A stretch of 63,655 bases of DNA, filler included, from Octopus bimaculoides (taxonomy: Eukaryota): the NCBI RefSeq assembly GCF_001194135.2. It is 6 parts of 6 records of this genome, joined end to end, with 100 filler letters (N's around TTAATTAATTAA, not from the genome) between each part and the next. Parts side by side here need not be neighbours in the genome. Positions count along the whole stretch, not along the records: positions 1 to 10,907 come from NC_068986.1; positions 11,008 to 15,537 come from NC_068995.1; 4 more parts are not named here. One strand, 5' to 3'. Of the stretch, positions 1 to 12,104 are shown in pieces (positions within the stretch are counted from its first letter, which is position 1; every line of letters starts with the position of its first letter). The notes under the pieces were generated by a model. The model did no database searches. It saw only the letters and a list, made by a program, of their open reading frames with translations, and was not told where the DNA came from. The translations under genes were made by a program, and so were the position numbers.

Positions 1-778
1 TATATATATATATATATATATTGATAGAAAAGGTACGACAACAAAAGAAAGATAGAGACCTCGATATTATGTAAATAGAGGAATTTATCTGTAAATAATA
101 TGTGACAATTATTCGGTAGCAATGATAAAACTCTGAGTTTCGGATGTCGGGGCGGAAACCTACGCCGCCATCGAAAAAATGCTATGAAAATGACCGTTAA
201 ACAAAGGGAAAATACTGTGTGATTGACCGTTATTAAGACAAAAGAGCTATTAGAGTGACCGCTAAGTGAGGGGAGGGAGTAAAGGTAAGGGAGTAAAAAT
301 GTCCATAGTATTCGCGTAACCGCTTAAGTCCATATATACACATGTGCGCCCGCACACCCACGTACATGCACCTATATGTATATACTCAGCCACCCTCACT
401 TGAAACACACACATGCTCACCCACAAATTCGCCAAAATATATATATATATACCAGCATACATGCTCGCACACACACACACGCGCGCGCACACAAAAAAGG
501 TTCATACACACGTCTATATACGCACATACCCGCACACATGCACACATCCACAAGCACGCACAAAAGGTTCCATATACACGTCTATATACGCACAGGAAAA
601 ATGCAGGGTGGAAAGTAGAATACAGAAAAAATATGTGTAAAAAATATATGAGCAATAAACCTATAAACCAATATTTCTATAAATATATAAAAAAATATTT
701 AAAAATATATAAGAAATATAAGTAAAAAGTATAGAGAGATAAAAAGCTTGTACGTGGACACAATATAGAAAGCAAGTC

Positions 779-1700
779 CTATCTGTAATCTCGGGGGGAC
801 CAAAAACGTAACAAATATTTAGCCACATGTGGACATGATCTGAAAAGTTCAGTTCTTGAATTTAGATATGTGGCGGGGTCTAAGCTGCTTTTCCAGATGA
901 GCCATCTTTCCATATCACAAAGACCGCACTTTCCGCTGCTGTTGGTGTAGGGCTTACACTTGGCTGAGATCTTCCAATGGATGTTGTAACTGATACCTTT
1001 ATCTTTTAAGGACCATATATGATGGGATAATTTGGTCGTTTTCCTTTTATCCCAGTGCCTGAAGCTCAAGGTGTGATTATTGAACCTAGCCTTGACATTA
1101 CCCTCTGTAAGGCCCACATATTTCTCCGTCGTGATTGTGTCCTCAGTGGATATAGAGTCCACAGTGGCTTCATAAATGATGGCCTCGGACATGCAAGCTC
1201 CATTTAGCGGCCACAATTTTTTATCCCTGCATGAACAGCTGGTTTCATATTGTGGTTTTTGTGAGTTGTGTGCGATTATATTTTAAAAATTAGTAGTTGA
1301 GCTGAAACCAACTTTTAAGTTATGTCTACTGAAGAGCTTTCTGTAACTATGGTTGTCTGGAAAATGTCTATCTATCAGTGCTAAGAAATACTTGCCTATA
1401 TTAAAGGTCACTACGGGTGAGTAGGGGTGTGTGAACCAGATAGTTTTCCTATTTCTGTTTTCTTTTCTTTATTATTGGACTGGTGGCAAGTGTATAGGTT
1501 ATTTCCTCGCTAAATCTACTATCTTTTAGAGGCTTATTATATACTGGGGCAGCGCTATTAAAAAATGTCCCTATCGGAGGAGAGGCTAGAAATTCTTTTG
1601 CTAATGTTTTTAACTAAATGTTTAAACATTATGGGGGATGGCGGGAACCCATATTAATATAACTAAGTCTATCGTTGGGCTTCCTATAAGGTTTATAAAT
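779..1700 (-). pseudogene. PLE ORF C-terminal half (RT thumb, linker, GIY-YIG endonuclease), disrupted
   Basis: Manual translation gives YKPYRKPNDRLSYINMGSRHPP.., ..KRISSLSSDRDIF../NSAAPVYNK, RNRKTIWFTHPYS..NIGKYFLALIDRHFPDNHSYRKLFSRHNLKVGFS, CSCRDKKLWPLNGAC, then AIIYEATV..KYVGLTEGNVKARFNNH..CGLC..NSRTELFRSCPH. Several frameshifts and one in-frame stop near 1285. Confidence 0.9.
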
Positions 1701-2148
1701 ATTCTTATTTATGTGCGTATATAGACCTGCTTTACTATTATTGCTTTTTTACACTTTTTTTCTGTATTTTGCCTTTAGCCCTGTTTTTTCTTGTGCATGT
1801 GCGTATATAGACGTGTGTATGAACCTTTTTTTGTGCGCGTGTGTGTGCATGTGCAAGCGTGTATGCGGGTATGTATATATTTTCTGGCGAATTTGTAGGT
1901 GAGCATGTGTGTGTTTCAAGTGAGGGTGGATGAGTATATACATATAGGCGCATGTACGTGGGTGTGCATGCGCGCATGTGTATGCTTGGACTTGTGCGCT
2001 TACGTGAATACTATGGACATTTTTACTCCCTTACCTTTACTCCCTCCCCTCACTTAGCGGTCATTCTAATAGCTCTTTTGTCCTAATAACAGTCAATCAC
2101 ACAGTAATTTCCCTTTGTTTAACGGTCATTTTCATAGCATTTTTTCGA

Positions 2149-2222
2149 TGGCCAGATAATTGAAGAGATGGCGGCGTAGGTTTCCGCCCCGACATCCGAA
2201 ACTTGGAGTTTTATCATGGCTA
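2149..2222 (+). ncRNA. Hammerhead-ribozyme-like motif in PLE pLTR (core variant TTGAAGA)
   Basis: GCCA-GATAA / TTATC-A-TGGC stem I; TTGAAGA at 2160-2166; GATG..CATC stem II with internal GGCGG/CCGCC; GAAAC at 2198-2202; GUU cleavage triplet at 2208-2210. Confidence 0.55.
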
Positions 2223-2242
2223 CCGAATAATTGTCACATATT

Positions 2243-2319
<77 letters not shown>

Positions 2320-4229
2320 NNNNNNNNNNNNNNNNNNNNNNNNNNNNNNNNNNNNNNNNNNNNNNNNNNNNNNNNNNNNNNNNNNNNNNNNNNNNNNNNN
2401 NNNNNNNNNNNNNNNNNNNNNNNNNNNNNNNNNNNNNNNNNNNNNNNNNNNNNNNNNNNNNNNNNNNNNNNNNNNNNNNNNNNNNNNNNNNNNNNNNNNN
2501 NNNNNNNNNNNNNNNNNNNNNNNNNNNNNNNNNNNNNNNNNNNNNNNNNNNNNNNNNNNNNNNNNNNNNNNNNNNNNNNNNNNNNNNNNNNNNNNNNNNN
2601 NNNNNNNNNNNNNNNNNNNNNNNNNNNNNNNNNNNNNNNNNNNNNNNNNNNNNNNNNNNNNNNNNNNNNNNNNNNNNNNNNNNNNNNNNNNNNNNNNNNN
2701 NNNNNNNNNNNNNNNNNNNNNNNNNNNNNNNNNNNNNNNNNNNNNNNNNNNNNNNNNNNNNNNNNNNNNNNNNNNNNNNNNNNNNNNNNNNNNNNNNNNN
2801 NNNNNNNNNNNNNNNNNNNNNNNNNNNNNNNNNNNNNNNNNNNNNNNNNNNNNNNNNNNNNNNNNNNNNNGTCTGTATTTGTGTGAAAGGGTGGGATGAG
2901 GGATAACGGCATGGTGGTGATGATAATGATGATGACGGCGACAATGATGACAATGATGTCGTCGACGAGTCCTTTTTTTTTTTAGATAAATGTCCTGAAA
3001 TTACCGAACGATTATAGCTAATTAATATAATTATACAACACAACTGTTATAGTATGTCGGTCGAGGTCGGCTGCTTGCTATGTTTATCAGCAAATATGTA
3101 CTTGCAACAATATCCTTCGTTCCCACTGTTTCTCTATGACAGGAAGTATATCTGATAGGAAATGTTTCAAATGCTATATGCATGCGTAAATGTATTTTTT
3201 ACATTCTCTCTCTCTCCCTAACCCCGCTCTCCCTCTATTTATCTTCATCTCCTTACACACACATACACACACACATACACACACTCACACACACACACAC
3301 ACACCACTCACACACATATTTACATATGCACACACACACACCACGTCAAACAGACCATACACACACACATACATACATATATATTTATTGACCGCACATT
3401 TACAGACACACACACAAACACACACACACATATATATATATACACACACACATACATACGTGTACATGTAAACACGTGCTCACGTGATGCATACATACAC
3501 ACATATCCTCATGCACACGTATACACTCACATATGCAGATACATTTACATACGTACACACATACATATATACACACACATACATACATACATACATACAT
3601 ACATACATTCACGCACACACACACACATGCAAAGTAAGGCTGTACTTAGGCTATTGGGGAGAGAACACAAATCTTTAATTCATACACTACAAATTATCTC
3701 GATATCTGAGAGCAAAACATGACGCTTTCCTTTATAACCTTGCTACCAAGCAGGTGGCCGGCCAAAATTTATTCTAAATTAAGAAGAGAAAGAGAATATA
3801 CATGCTGCATGCAAAACGCTCACGTACGCGCGCGCGCACACACACACAAACCTAGAAATACTCGGTTTCATGGATAAAGAGCAAAAGAAACTGACGCAGA
3901 TTCTCCAAATCCAATCTATTAGTGGCACAGTGAAGATATGTAAGATATTCCCAAACTTCTCCATCTGAAATTCTAATGTGAACAGATGCGCTCACTTGGG
4001 TGAATGCATCGACCGTTCAACCAACACATCAACTCAACTACATAGTTACAAACACCAGGAACTTTTTTAATTTTAAAAGTCTTATCTCTTTGTTAGCGAC
4101 CGGCTTGAACTCTCTCAAGAAAAACTTAAATTAAACTCAAAGAAAAATATGCATACATACATGCGTACATACGTATTGGTCAGATTTTCCGGCCATAGGT
4201 TTTCAGGTATACAATCAAATAAATTCAGA

Positions 4230-4460
4230 TAGGGTGTCAGTCGTCGACTATCTCGGACACACACGTACCTCTAATGTACTTTTCAGGCGGAATCTTGCGT
4301 GACAAAGTGTCACAATGCTGAACATTCAAACTCCACGAACAATCCATCCAACGGGTTTTTACACAGCTTAGTCTATCCAATTTTACTCACAAGGTATGAT
4401 TCAGCACTTGCCCAAGATGCTAGGCAGTGGGATTGAAACGGGGACCTCGTAATTTAGAAA
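4230..4460 (-). mobile_element. Degenerate tRNA-derived SINE fragment (family A-related)
   Basis: cacttgcccaagatgctaggcagtgggattgaaac resembles the family A core seen at 14646-14807. Confidence 0.55.
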
Positions 4461-4834
4461 TTTCCGTTCTACAATATTCTTAAAGGAACGCTAAGTTATC
4501 CTGCAACTCGGGCTAATTCGAACGAGGCTCGTAGGTGTAAAAGACTTACTGGCATCTCTTGTCAAGAGTACAGGCGACAGTCATATGGCGGGTATTTATT
4601 GTGCAGTCTGGTGTCGTTATTTGATTGCTGTTATTTTGTGTGTCTGTGTGTAAAGATTAGCTGTGTTTTGCAGGGTTGCTTTATTTTTACTCTTGACTTA
4701 GAAATGGGGAAAGACATAGTGCTAGATATAAAAAATAAGCTATTTGGGGCTAGCGGGAAAGCGTGAAATTCTTCGAGTAGGCATGTGAAATCCCTGATGC
4801 GAAATCTGTGCTGAGCCCGAATGACGCTGGTGAC

Positions 4835-4899
<65 letters not shown>

Positions 4900-5159
4900 A
4901 TACAAAGTGAGATAGAGAGAGAGATAGAGTATCAGTATCAGTGTTTGTCGATGCTCGGATTAATTATGATCGATGGCATGGTATGGGTTAACTATAATCG
5001 ATGATGACTTTTAAAAATAGATTAAATTGATATACATGTAAAATGGAAAGTATTTAGCAAATCATTATTTCAAAAGAATAAAAGAAAGAAAAAGAAAAGC
5101 AGATCGTTGATTAATGTAAGGGTGATTTTCAAAACAGAAAGAAAATGTACATAATGTAT

Positions 5160-5870
5160 CAATTACAAAAAAAAGCATGATAATCTGATCCTCCTGACTC
5201 AGGGGTATCTCTAGAGACAATCGTGGCACCCCACTGTCCATCTCCTTGAATACCGAGGACAATTTCTCCAATTTCTTTCTCCGACTCACAAGTCTATACT
5301 CTTTCCTCCGCCTTTCAATAAATCAGCACCTCCTTCTTCACCCTCACTCCCTTTTACAAGAAAAACTTGAAAAAGTCGAAGACGACTCTACCAAAGAGGA
5401 ATGTCTCTGTCCTCATGCCTTTCAATCTCATCCACCAGACAACTTCTTTCGCCACCGCCATTAGGCAGAGGAAAACTACCTTACCTGCCCGAAAGCAGCG
5501 GGGCAATCATCAGTATGGAGTCCTTCCACACGTGACAGCAGTTGTTCAACATAACTCTACAAGTCAACAATGCTCGGTTGCAACGCGAGGCTACGGACAT
5601 CTGGAAGTTATCCATGATAGTCCCCGACAGGAAAGTCATCCGGAACAGACTAGCTAGTGCATTTCCGTCGACACCCAGAGTCTCACCAGTGCGTTTCCGT
5701 TGACACTCCCCCACCACTAAACCTCGATATATATTGCTAAAGTGGAGCAACTACCGATCCCATTGCCCGATAAGAAAATGGCTGCGAGTGCCTGTCACCA
5801 AGCGCCCAGTCTCGGTCTTTCCGTCGCCTTGAACTGCAGCTCTGTCACTAGACTCTTCACCTAAGATTTC
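5160..5870 (-). mobile_element. Tx1/L1-clade LINE ORF2 3' fragment, degenerate
   Basis: Minus-strand pieces IYRGLVVGE..ETLGVDGNALASLFRMTF..MDNFQMS and VVFLCLMAVAKEVVWWMRLKGMRTETFLFGRVVFDFFKFFL resemble the post-RT C-terminal region of Tx1-like LINEs. Multiple stops; family assignment from memory. Confidence 0.55.
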
Positions 5871-5894
5871 AGGCTTTGTGCCTAAAATCGAACG

Positions 5895-6095
5895 GATTAT
5901 TATTATGATGATTTCTAATTTTGGTGCAATTTAGAGAGGAGAGAGAGCAAGTCGTTTTCATTAACCCCAGGACTTGGTTAGCACTTTATTTTTCGACCAT
6001 ATAAAGATGAAATGCAGAACTAACCACGACGGGATTTGAACCCATACTGTAAAGAGTAAGAGTGGGGACAGCAAATCTGACGCTCTAACAATTCT
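5895..6095 (-). mobile_element. SINE family B, degenerate copy
   Basis: Diverged match to the family B pattern (ttttggtgca..ttcgacc..atgaaa..gatttgaacc..ctaacaattctgc). Confidence 0.5.
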
Positions 6096-6117
6096 GCAAG
6101 AAGGAGAAGGAGGGGGA

Positions 6118-6256
6118 GAAGAAGAAGAAGAAGAAGAAGAAGAAGAAGAAGAAGAAGAAGAAGAAGAAGAAGAAGAAGAAGAAGAAGAAGAAGAAAAAGA
6201 AGAAGAAGAAGAAGAAGAAGAAGAAGAAGAAGAAGAAGAAGAAGAAGAAGAAGAAG
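6118..6256 (+). repeat. (GAA)n microsatellite
   Basis: Direct reading; near-perfect with one aaa interruption. Confidence 0.98.
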
Positions 6257-6868
6257 ATGAAACACTTCATTTCTATCGCTGTGACTCGTACACAAACCCT
6301 TCCTATAATTCTATGCATGCATATATACACACAGATATATGTGTGTATGTATGTATGTATGTATGTATGTATGTGAGTTACGCGCGCGCATGTGTGTATG
6401 TGTGTGCATGTGTGTACGTGTGCATACGTGAGTGTATATGCATGCGTGTGTGTATGCGTGTAACTATGTATGCTTGCGTATTTATATATATGTATATATT
6501 ATATATGTATATATATAGATACATATTTATGTATACGTACATATATGTACATATATTTGCACACAAACACGCACATATATAATATATATACATGTGAATA
6601 TATATATATATATATATATATANNNNNNNNNNNNNNNNNNNNNNNNNNNNNNNNNNNNNNNNNNNNNNNNNNNNNNNNNNNNNNNNNNNNNNNNNNNNNN
6701 NNNNNNNNNNNNNNNNNNNNNNNNNNNNNNNNNNNNNNNNNNNATCATATATCATATATAATATATTAGGGAATATATCATTCCAAACGTACAGGAATAT
6801 TCAATTTAGTAATACTAAATTAAGTTTCACAATATATAATATATGTATATAAATTATATTTATATATC

Positions 6869-6904
<36 letters not shown>

Positions 6905-6922
6905 ATGTGTGTGTGTATACAT

Positions 6923-6969
<47 letters not shown>

Positions 6970-7427
6970 GTGGGTATTATTATGAATGAAAAATATCTTG
7001 CGCACCTATTCACTTGTGTATATAAATGTACATTTACGTTTCAAATAGATCATATATGCTTAGCGCATATTTCACCCTGATGTCGAGTAAAAACTGCTAT
7101 TTAACATCCAGTTTTTTCGTTTTTTTTGCAATTGAAATACCAGTTTCAAATTAGTTGACTCTCTTCAGCATTCCCAAGAACCGTCACATGCCTTGCCGGA
7201 AATAATCGAGAACTTGTAATAAATAAACAGAGTGGAAAGCCAAAATTACTGGCGTTACATTAACTCAGAAGAAGCATGGGAAGAGAGGCGTGATTTGGGA
7301 AGAGAGCCAACTAGCAAGACATCCGGTAGATTAAACCTAGCTTTAAAACTCTGCAGGAAGTTCTAATGTTTCAGAATGGGAGTGTGTGTGTGTGTAAACA
7401 CATATATACATATATATATACATATAC

Positions 7428-7480
<53 letters not shown>

Positions 7481-7489
7481 TATATATAT

Positions 7490-7703
7490 TTCAAATATTG
7501 GCGCAAGGCCAGCAATTTGGGAGTGGGGATAAGTCGGTCACATCGACTCGAGTGTTCAACTGGTGGTACTTATTTTATCGACTACGAAAGGATGAAAGGC
7601 TAAGGCGACCTCGGCAGAATTTGAACTCAGAACGTAAAGACTTACAAAATGCAGCTAAGCATATTGCCCGGCATACGAACGATTCTGGCAGCCCACCGCC
7701 TTA
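7490..7703 (-). mobile_element. SINE family B (tRNA-like head), near full length
   Basis: ttggcgcaaggccagcaattt..ggtacttattttatcgac..gaaaggatgaaaggc..aatttgaactcagaacg..gattctggcagcccaccgcc. Its reverse complement carries Pol III A-box-like and B-box-like (GAGTTCAAATTC) motifs. Confidence 0.88.
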
Positions 7704-8197
7704 GATATGTATGTATATTAATGTTTGTTTTTATATCGTGTAGAAACAATTGTACATTAAACTGAAAGATTACTTAATGCTTTTTGTAGAGTATATATCT
7801 ATTAGACTTTTACTAGAAGAAGATTTATGACTGCGTCTTCGTAGTTTCTACCAGCTAACCTTCATTGGACACATGCACCCTGTCCGATGGAGACTAGCTG
7901 GCCGAAACTCCGGAGTCACTGCTATTACTCTGTGTATAATAGATATATAGAGAGGTGTCTTTTATGTTTTATATCGTAAATATTGCTTTTCGTCTTTAGA
8001 AATAAGTTGTACCACCTGAACTGTTGAAAGTGAACGCCTGCAAGAAAAACATGTGCAGAGAGGGGTTTGCCATGGAGCCGACCTACAGGAGGTGAATGAC
8101 TAGGAATATTGGTTAGAGGGTAAACAAAAGGATATCGAGAGCGGGAAAAACGACTGAAAATGGTACAAGACTAGCCATCGCGGACGAACCAGCAGCT

Positions 8198-8260
<63 letters not shown>
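8198..8260 (+). repeat. (GTA)n microsatellite
   Basis: Direct reading. Confidence 0.98.
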
Positions 8261-8654
8261 AAGGGAACACGAAGATGCAGCACCTTTATGGACCAGGGTT
8301 TAAAACTGTGTTTGATGAGCGACTTCATTCAATCTATCTTTAGATGTAGTGTAGGATGTATGTGGGTGAAACTACAGCACCATCCCAGGTCTAGGAGCAG
8401 TACTTAATACTGCCAATCACCTGATCTTTGTAGAAAGTTGGCAATTGTTAGGGATAGGAGACTACTCTATTGAAAGATGTCTGGCTCTGAAAAGGAAAGC
8501 CAATCATCTGGATGTTGTGTCTGTTATGTTTAGTGTGTGCGTTCACCATGGCTGATCTTCAGTAATGATAGGATTAAGCATTTACAGTAACCTTAAAGAT
8601 TATTGTTGCCCGCTGTTTAGTGGAAGGTGAGGTGTAATAATATTTTCAAGATTC

Positions 8655-9510
8655 TAGGTCTGATCAATAAATATCCGGACTGTTGCCATAGTAACGAAGC
8701 TAAAGCACGCAGAGTAAAGCCGCTTGACAATAATTAACCTTGAACTCTGTTGTGCATACGCACCAAGTTTAATGTTCTAGCTTACTTCCGCTGTTTACAG
8801 CAGTGCTTTCGAGGAAGGTGTATGACGTGGGATCGTCGCATTGACCATAACAGAGAAAGTTGTCATGGTGATACCTGCTCAGAGGCCTACGCAGAGTTGC
8901 AGAAAGTGTATGGAAAGGAGTGTATGAGCCGCACACAAGTGAACGAAGGGTTCAGACGTTTCCAAGATGGCCGAAAACATGTCGATATTGATGAACGTTC
9001 TGGGAGACCCGCAGCCAGCAGAACTGAGAAAAACATCGGAGATGCGTGCAGATATGAGGGGGGAAATTGTTGAATCACCATCCGTGAGTTATCAGAGGAT
9101 GTGCACATTAGTTACGGTTCAGTTCAGTCCATTATTACTGAAGATTTGGGTATAAGATGCGTGTCTGCCAAGTTTCTGCGAAAACTGCTTTCAGCTAACC
9201 AGAAAGACACTCGGCTTTCAGTTGCACAAGATCTCCTTGACTGAGTCGAGAACGATGAAAATTTTTTGAAAATTTTTTGAAAACTTTACGTAGGCCGCCG
9301 AGCGAGTATCGCCAAGCAAAATTTGATGCAGATTCTCAGCTCAACTTTCTCTGTCATGGTCAATGCGACGATTACACGCTACACACCTTCCTTCAAAGCA
9401 TTGCTGTAAACAGCGGAAGTGAGCTAGAATATTAAAACTTTGTGCGCATGCACAGCAGTTCAAGGTCAATCTGTGCCAAGCGGCTTCACTCTGTGTGCTT
9501 TAGCTTCCTT
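8655..9510 (+). mobile_element. Mariner-derived non-autonomous element with long inverted arms and a truncated transposase N-terminus
   Basis: Starts TA-GGTCTGATCAATAAATATCCGGACT (mariner-type TIR). Encodes DTCSEAYAELQKVYGKECMSRTQV..FRRFQDGRKHVDIDERSGRP..ITIRELSEDVHISYGSVQSIITEDLG..SAKFLRKLL with stops. 8693-8861 is an inverted repeat of 9342-9510; the right end runs into a gap. Confidence 0.9.
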
Positions 9511-9559
9511 NNNNNNNNNNNNNNNNNNNNNNNNNNNNNNNNNNNNNNNNNNNNNNNTT

Positions 9560-9850
9560 GAGAGCGCTTTTGTGGTTTTGAAAGAAACAAGATTGACAGC
9601 CCCTCCTCCACTGGAGTATGTTGCTGCGGTTTCTGTTGATGGATATGGCATCGGGTGCCTATGTTGCATTTGGATGTTGCTTGGATGTGGATGGCTAAGG
9701 ATGAATGGAAGATGATACCGTTTACGTAGAATAGGTGGCATTAGAGGTGACAGCAAGTGGGTCGTTGATGTATAGAAGAAGAGATTAAAGTACAAAATCG
9801 AATCCTAAGGCATACTTACATTTGAAGGAATATGGGCCAGAGAGAGATTT
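9560..9850 (-). mobile_element. CR1/Jockey-like LINE reverse-transcriptase fragment, degenerate
   Basis: Frameshifted pieces MP*DSIL (compare VPQGSIL), LLLYINDP (compare LFLLYINDL), YVNG at the YADD position, and NLVSFKTTKA (compare NLVxFNxxKT) occur in the correct order. Confidence 0.55.
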
Positions 9851-10813
9851 ATATGCGTAGGCCAGGATAATGATATCTAACTAGAAATGCCGCATAGACG
9901 AGCAGTTTTTACTAGAGATTTACGATCAAAACATGGTCAAAAGCTTTACCAATATCGAAGACGACAACACTGGCTCAACAATTTTTTCGGAAAGCCGTAT
10001 TAATGGTGTTGCTTAGCCCCATGCTAACCTTAAGCAAACAGATGTATTGCTAAAGGTGTTTGAGCCGTGATCGTTCCACCTTTTATATTCAGATATATTC
10101 TTCCTTTTTTTAAACACGAGGACGTAAGTTGGCGAATATGTGGTTGCTACTTTCGCAGGAAGTCGAACGACTGTATAGAAGCATTCTCAATATAACAACT
10201 GATTGGTAGAATCAGTGGAGTGGTGTATATATTGCCTGTCCAAATTTAGTTTCTTCCATTTACATTCTGAAGTTTTCTCTTCTCGAGATCGATAAAATAA
10301 TTACCTATCTACAATAAGGGATTGATTAAATCATCTATACTCTTAAATTAAGTGCCCTGATATTGCTTCAGTTTGATTACTAGGAATGATATACTAACCC
10401 ACCACAGACACTGCATGCATTTGGCGGGATAGACTCCGTTGCAAGCATTCAGATAAGGTCCCCAGTATAAGGGCAACTTCCTCCCTTCCTTTCACAATCT
10501 CAGAGAGTCTGAAAAAGTCAAGGAATAAAAGAATACAAGAATGTTATTTATATTCGGAAGTATCTGATTCTCTTGTTTATTGATTATCTTACTAAATTCA
10601 ACCAATAAAAATCTTAGTCATGACACCGTGTTGTACCTCTTCCTTTCGTTTCTACACTGATTAATATCCCATAGATCCTGGTTTGAAATCCTGGTATAGA
10701 TTCGAAAACACATCCACATACACATACACAAACAGAGATTCATATACTCATATATACACATGGAAACATATAGACACGTACACAGACACACACACACGCA
10801 CGCACACACGCAC

Positions 10814-10853
<40 letters not shown>

Positions 10854-11018
10854 ACACGTACGCACAAATACATTTTATGCATGCACATTCATGCATATAT
10901 ATATATANNNNNNNNNNNNNNNNNNNNNNNNNNNNNNNNNNNNNNNNNNNNTTAATTAATTAANNNNNNNNNNNNNNNNNNNNNNNNNNNNNNNNNNNNN
11001 NNNNNNNAGATAGATTAA

Positions 11019-11083
<65 letters not shown>

Positions 11084-11579
11084 CAGATTGATAGATGGGT
11101 AGAGAGATCAATAGATAGATGGCTGGATGATGATTATAATAGCTGACACTGTACATCTTGTTATTTGGATTTCCCATTCCCAATCATCAGACTTGATATG
11201 AAATTCAATATAGGGATTTCAGAATCTAAAATCAAGCAAGTGGAAAACAGCTGAAAAAACCCAGTAAAGTGGAACAGCAGATAATTGGTAGAGAAAGAGA
11301 GAGAGAGAGAGAGGCTGAAGAAAGAAAAGAGTAAAGGCTGAAAATTCATGTTTCTTCCCATAATGGATTGGCAAATGTGTGAAAGAGAAGTTATTGTATG
11401 TTTCTCTGCTGGTTGATCTTTGAAATTAAACTTTGCGCAGGGAATAAATTGTAAAGCTGTAAAAACTGCGCAGTCTTGTGTTCGGCAAAATTTCAAAATG
11501 ATAAATTGGATAATTCAAATGGATTCCCTTTGGTACAAATGTACTTTTTGTTTACAGAAGATAGATTATAGAGATCATC

Positions 11580-11725
11580 TCCGTCATCATCTTTTTAATG
11601 TCCATCTTCCTGTCATCCATCCTTGGATGGCTCTGAAAGAACAGGCTCTGAAAGGACAAAGAACTGCATTGTTCTCCGATGTCTGCTTTGACATGAGTGG
11701 ATACCCTTCCTAACGCCAACCCCTT
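11580..11725 (-). mobile_element. SINE/LINE 3' tail of RTE type (family D)
   Basis: tcatcatctttttaatgtcc..ggatacccttcctaacgccaacc is the reverse complement of the family D tail at 11944-12075. Confidence 0.55.
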
Positions 11726-11943
11726 TATAGTGTAATGGATGCTTTTCTCATGCTCCCTGCACTAGTTAGGTTGCCATGTAGCTTGCAACACTAATGGCCC
11801 CTTTGACTGAACAGGGTTAAAATCGAGACAAAGGTGACTTTTGTGACCATATTTCTTCTAAAATACACTGCCTTTGTTTCAATTTATTTTGAAAATAAAC
11901 AAGAATTTAGTAAAATAACTTTGTCATTATTAAACTGGTGTTA

Positions 11944-12075
11944 GAAAGGGCATCCAGCTGTAGAAACTCTGCCAGATCAGATTGGATCCTGGTGCAGCCA
12001 TCTGGTTCACCAGTCCTCAGTCAAACCATCCAACCCATGCCAGTATGGAAAGCAGACGTTAAATGACGATGATGC
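11944..12075 (+). mobile_element. SINE/LINE 3' tail of RTE type (family D)
   Basis: aagggcatccagctgtagaaac..cccatgccagtatggaaagcagacgttaaatgacgatgatg; a related copy lies at 13555-13650. Confidence 0.7.
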
Positions 12076-12104
12076 ATGTATGTATAAATATGTATGTATG
12101 TATG

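Larger units (their letters stand above)
21..2248 (-). mobile_element. Penelope-like retroelement (PLE), 5'-truncated, with inverted pseudo-LTR arms
   Basis: Degenerate RT-thumb plus GIY-YIG ORF on the minus strand (779-1700) lies between inverted repeats 81-~655 and ~1745-2248; gtaaataatatgtgacaattattcggtagc at 81 matches the reverse complement at 2219-2248. Both ends abut (TA)n or (CA)n tracts. Confidence 0.88.

Noticed and set aside
8298-8420. YVGETT (GIY-YIG-like) on plus and a CTAAAGA..AAAC hammerhead-like trace on minus
   Set aside because: Both are too degenerate and in conflicting orientations; probably an old repeat, but it cannot be supported.
9811-9825. Minus-strand splice-donor-like AAT|GTAAGT
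   Set aside because: It falls within a recognisable decayed RT motif (VPQGS equivalent), so it is better explained as LINE sequence.
10952-10963. TTAATTAATTAA islands inside N gaps (also 15582, 28024, 38551, 58401)
   Set aside because: An identical 12-mer with stops in all frames, always flanked by Ns, is an assembly spacer rather than biology.
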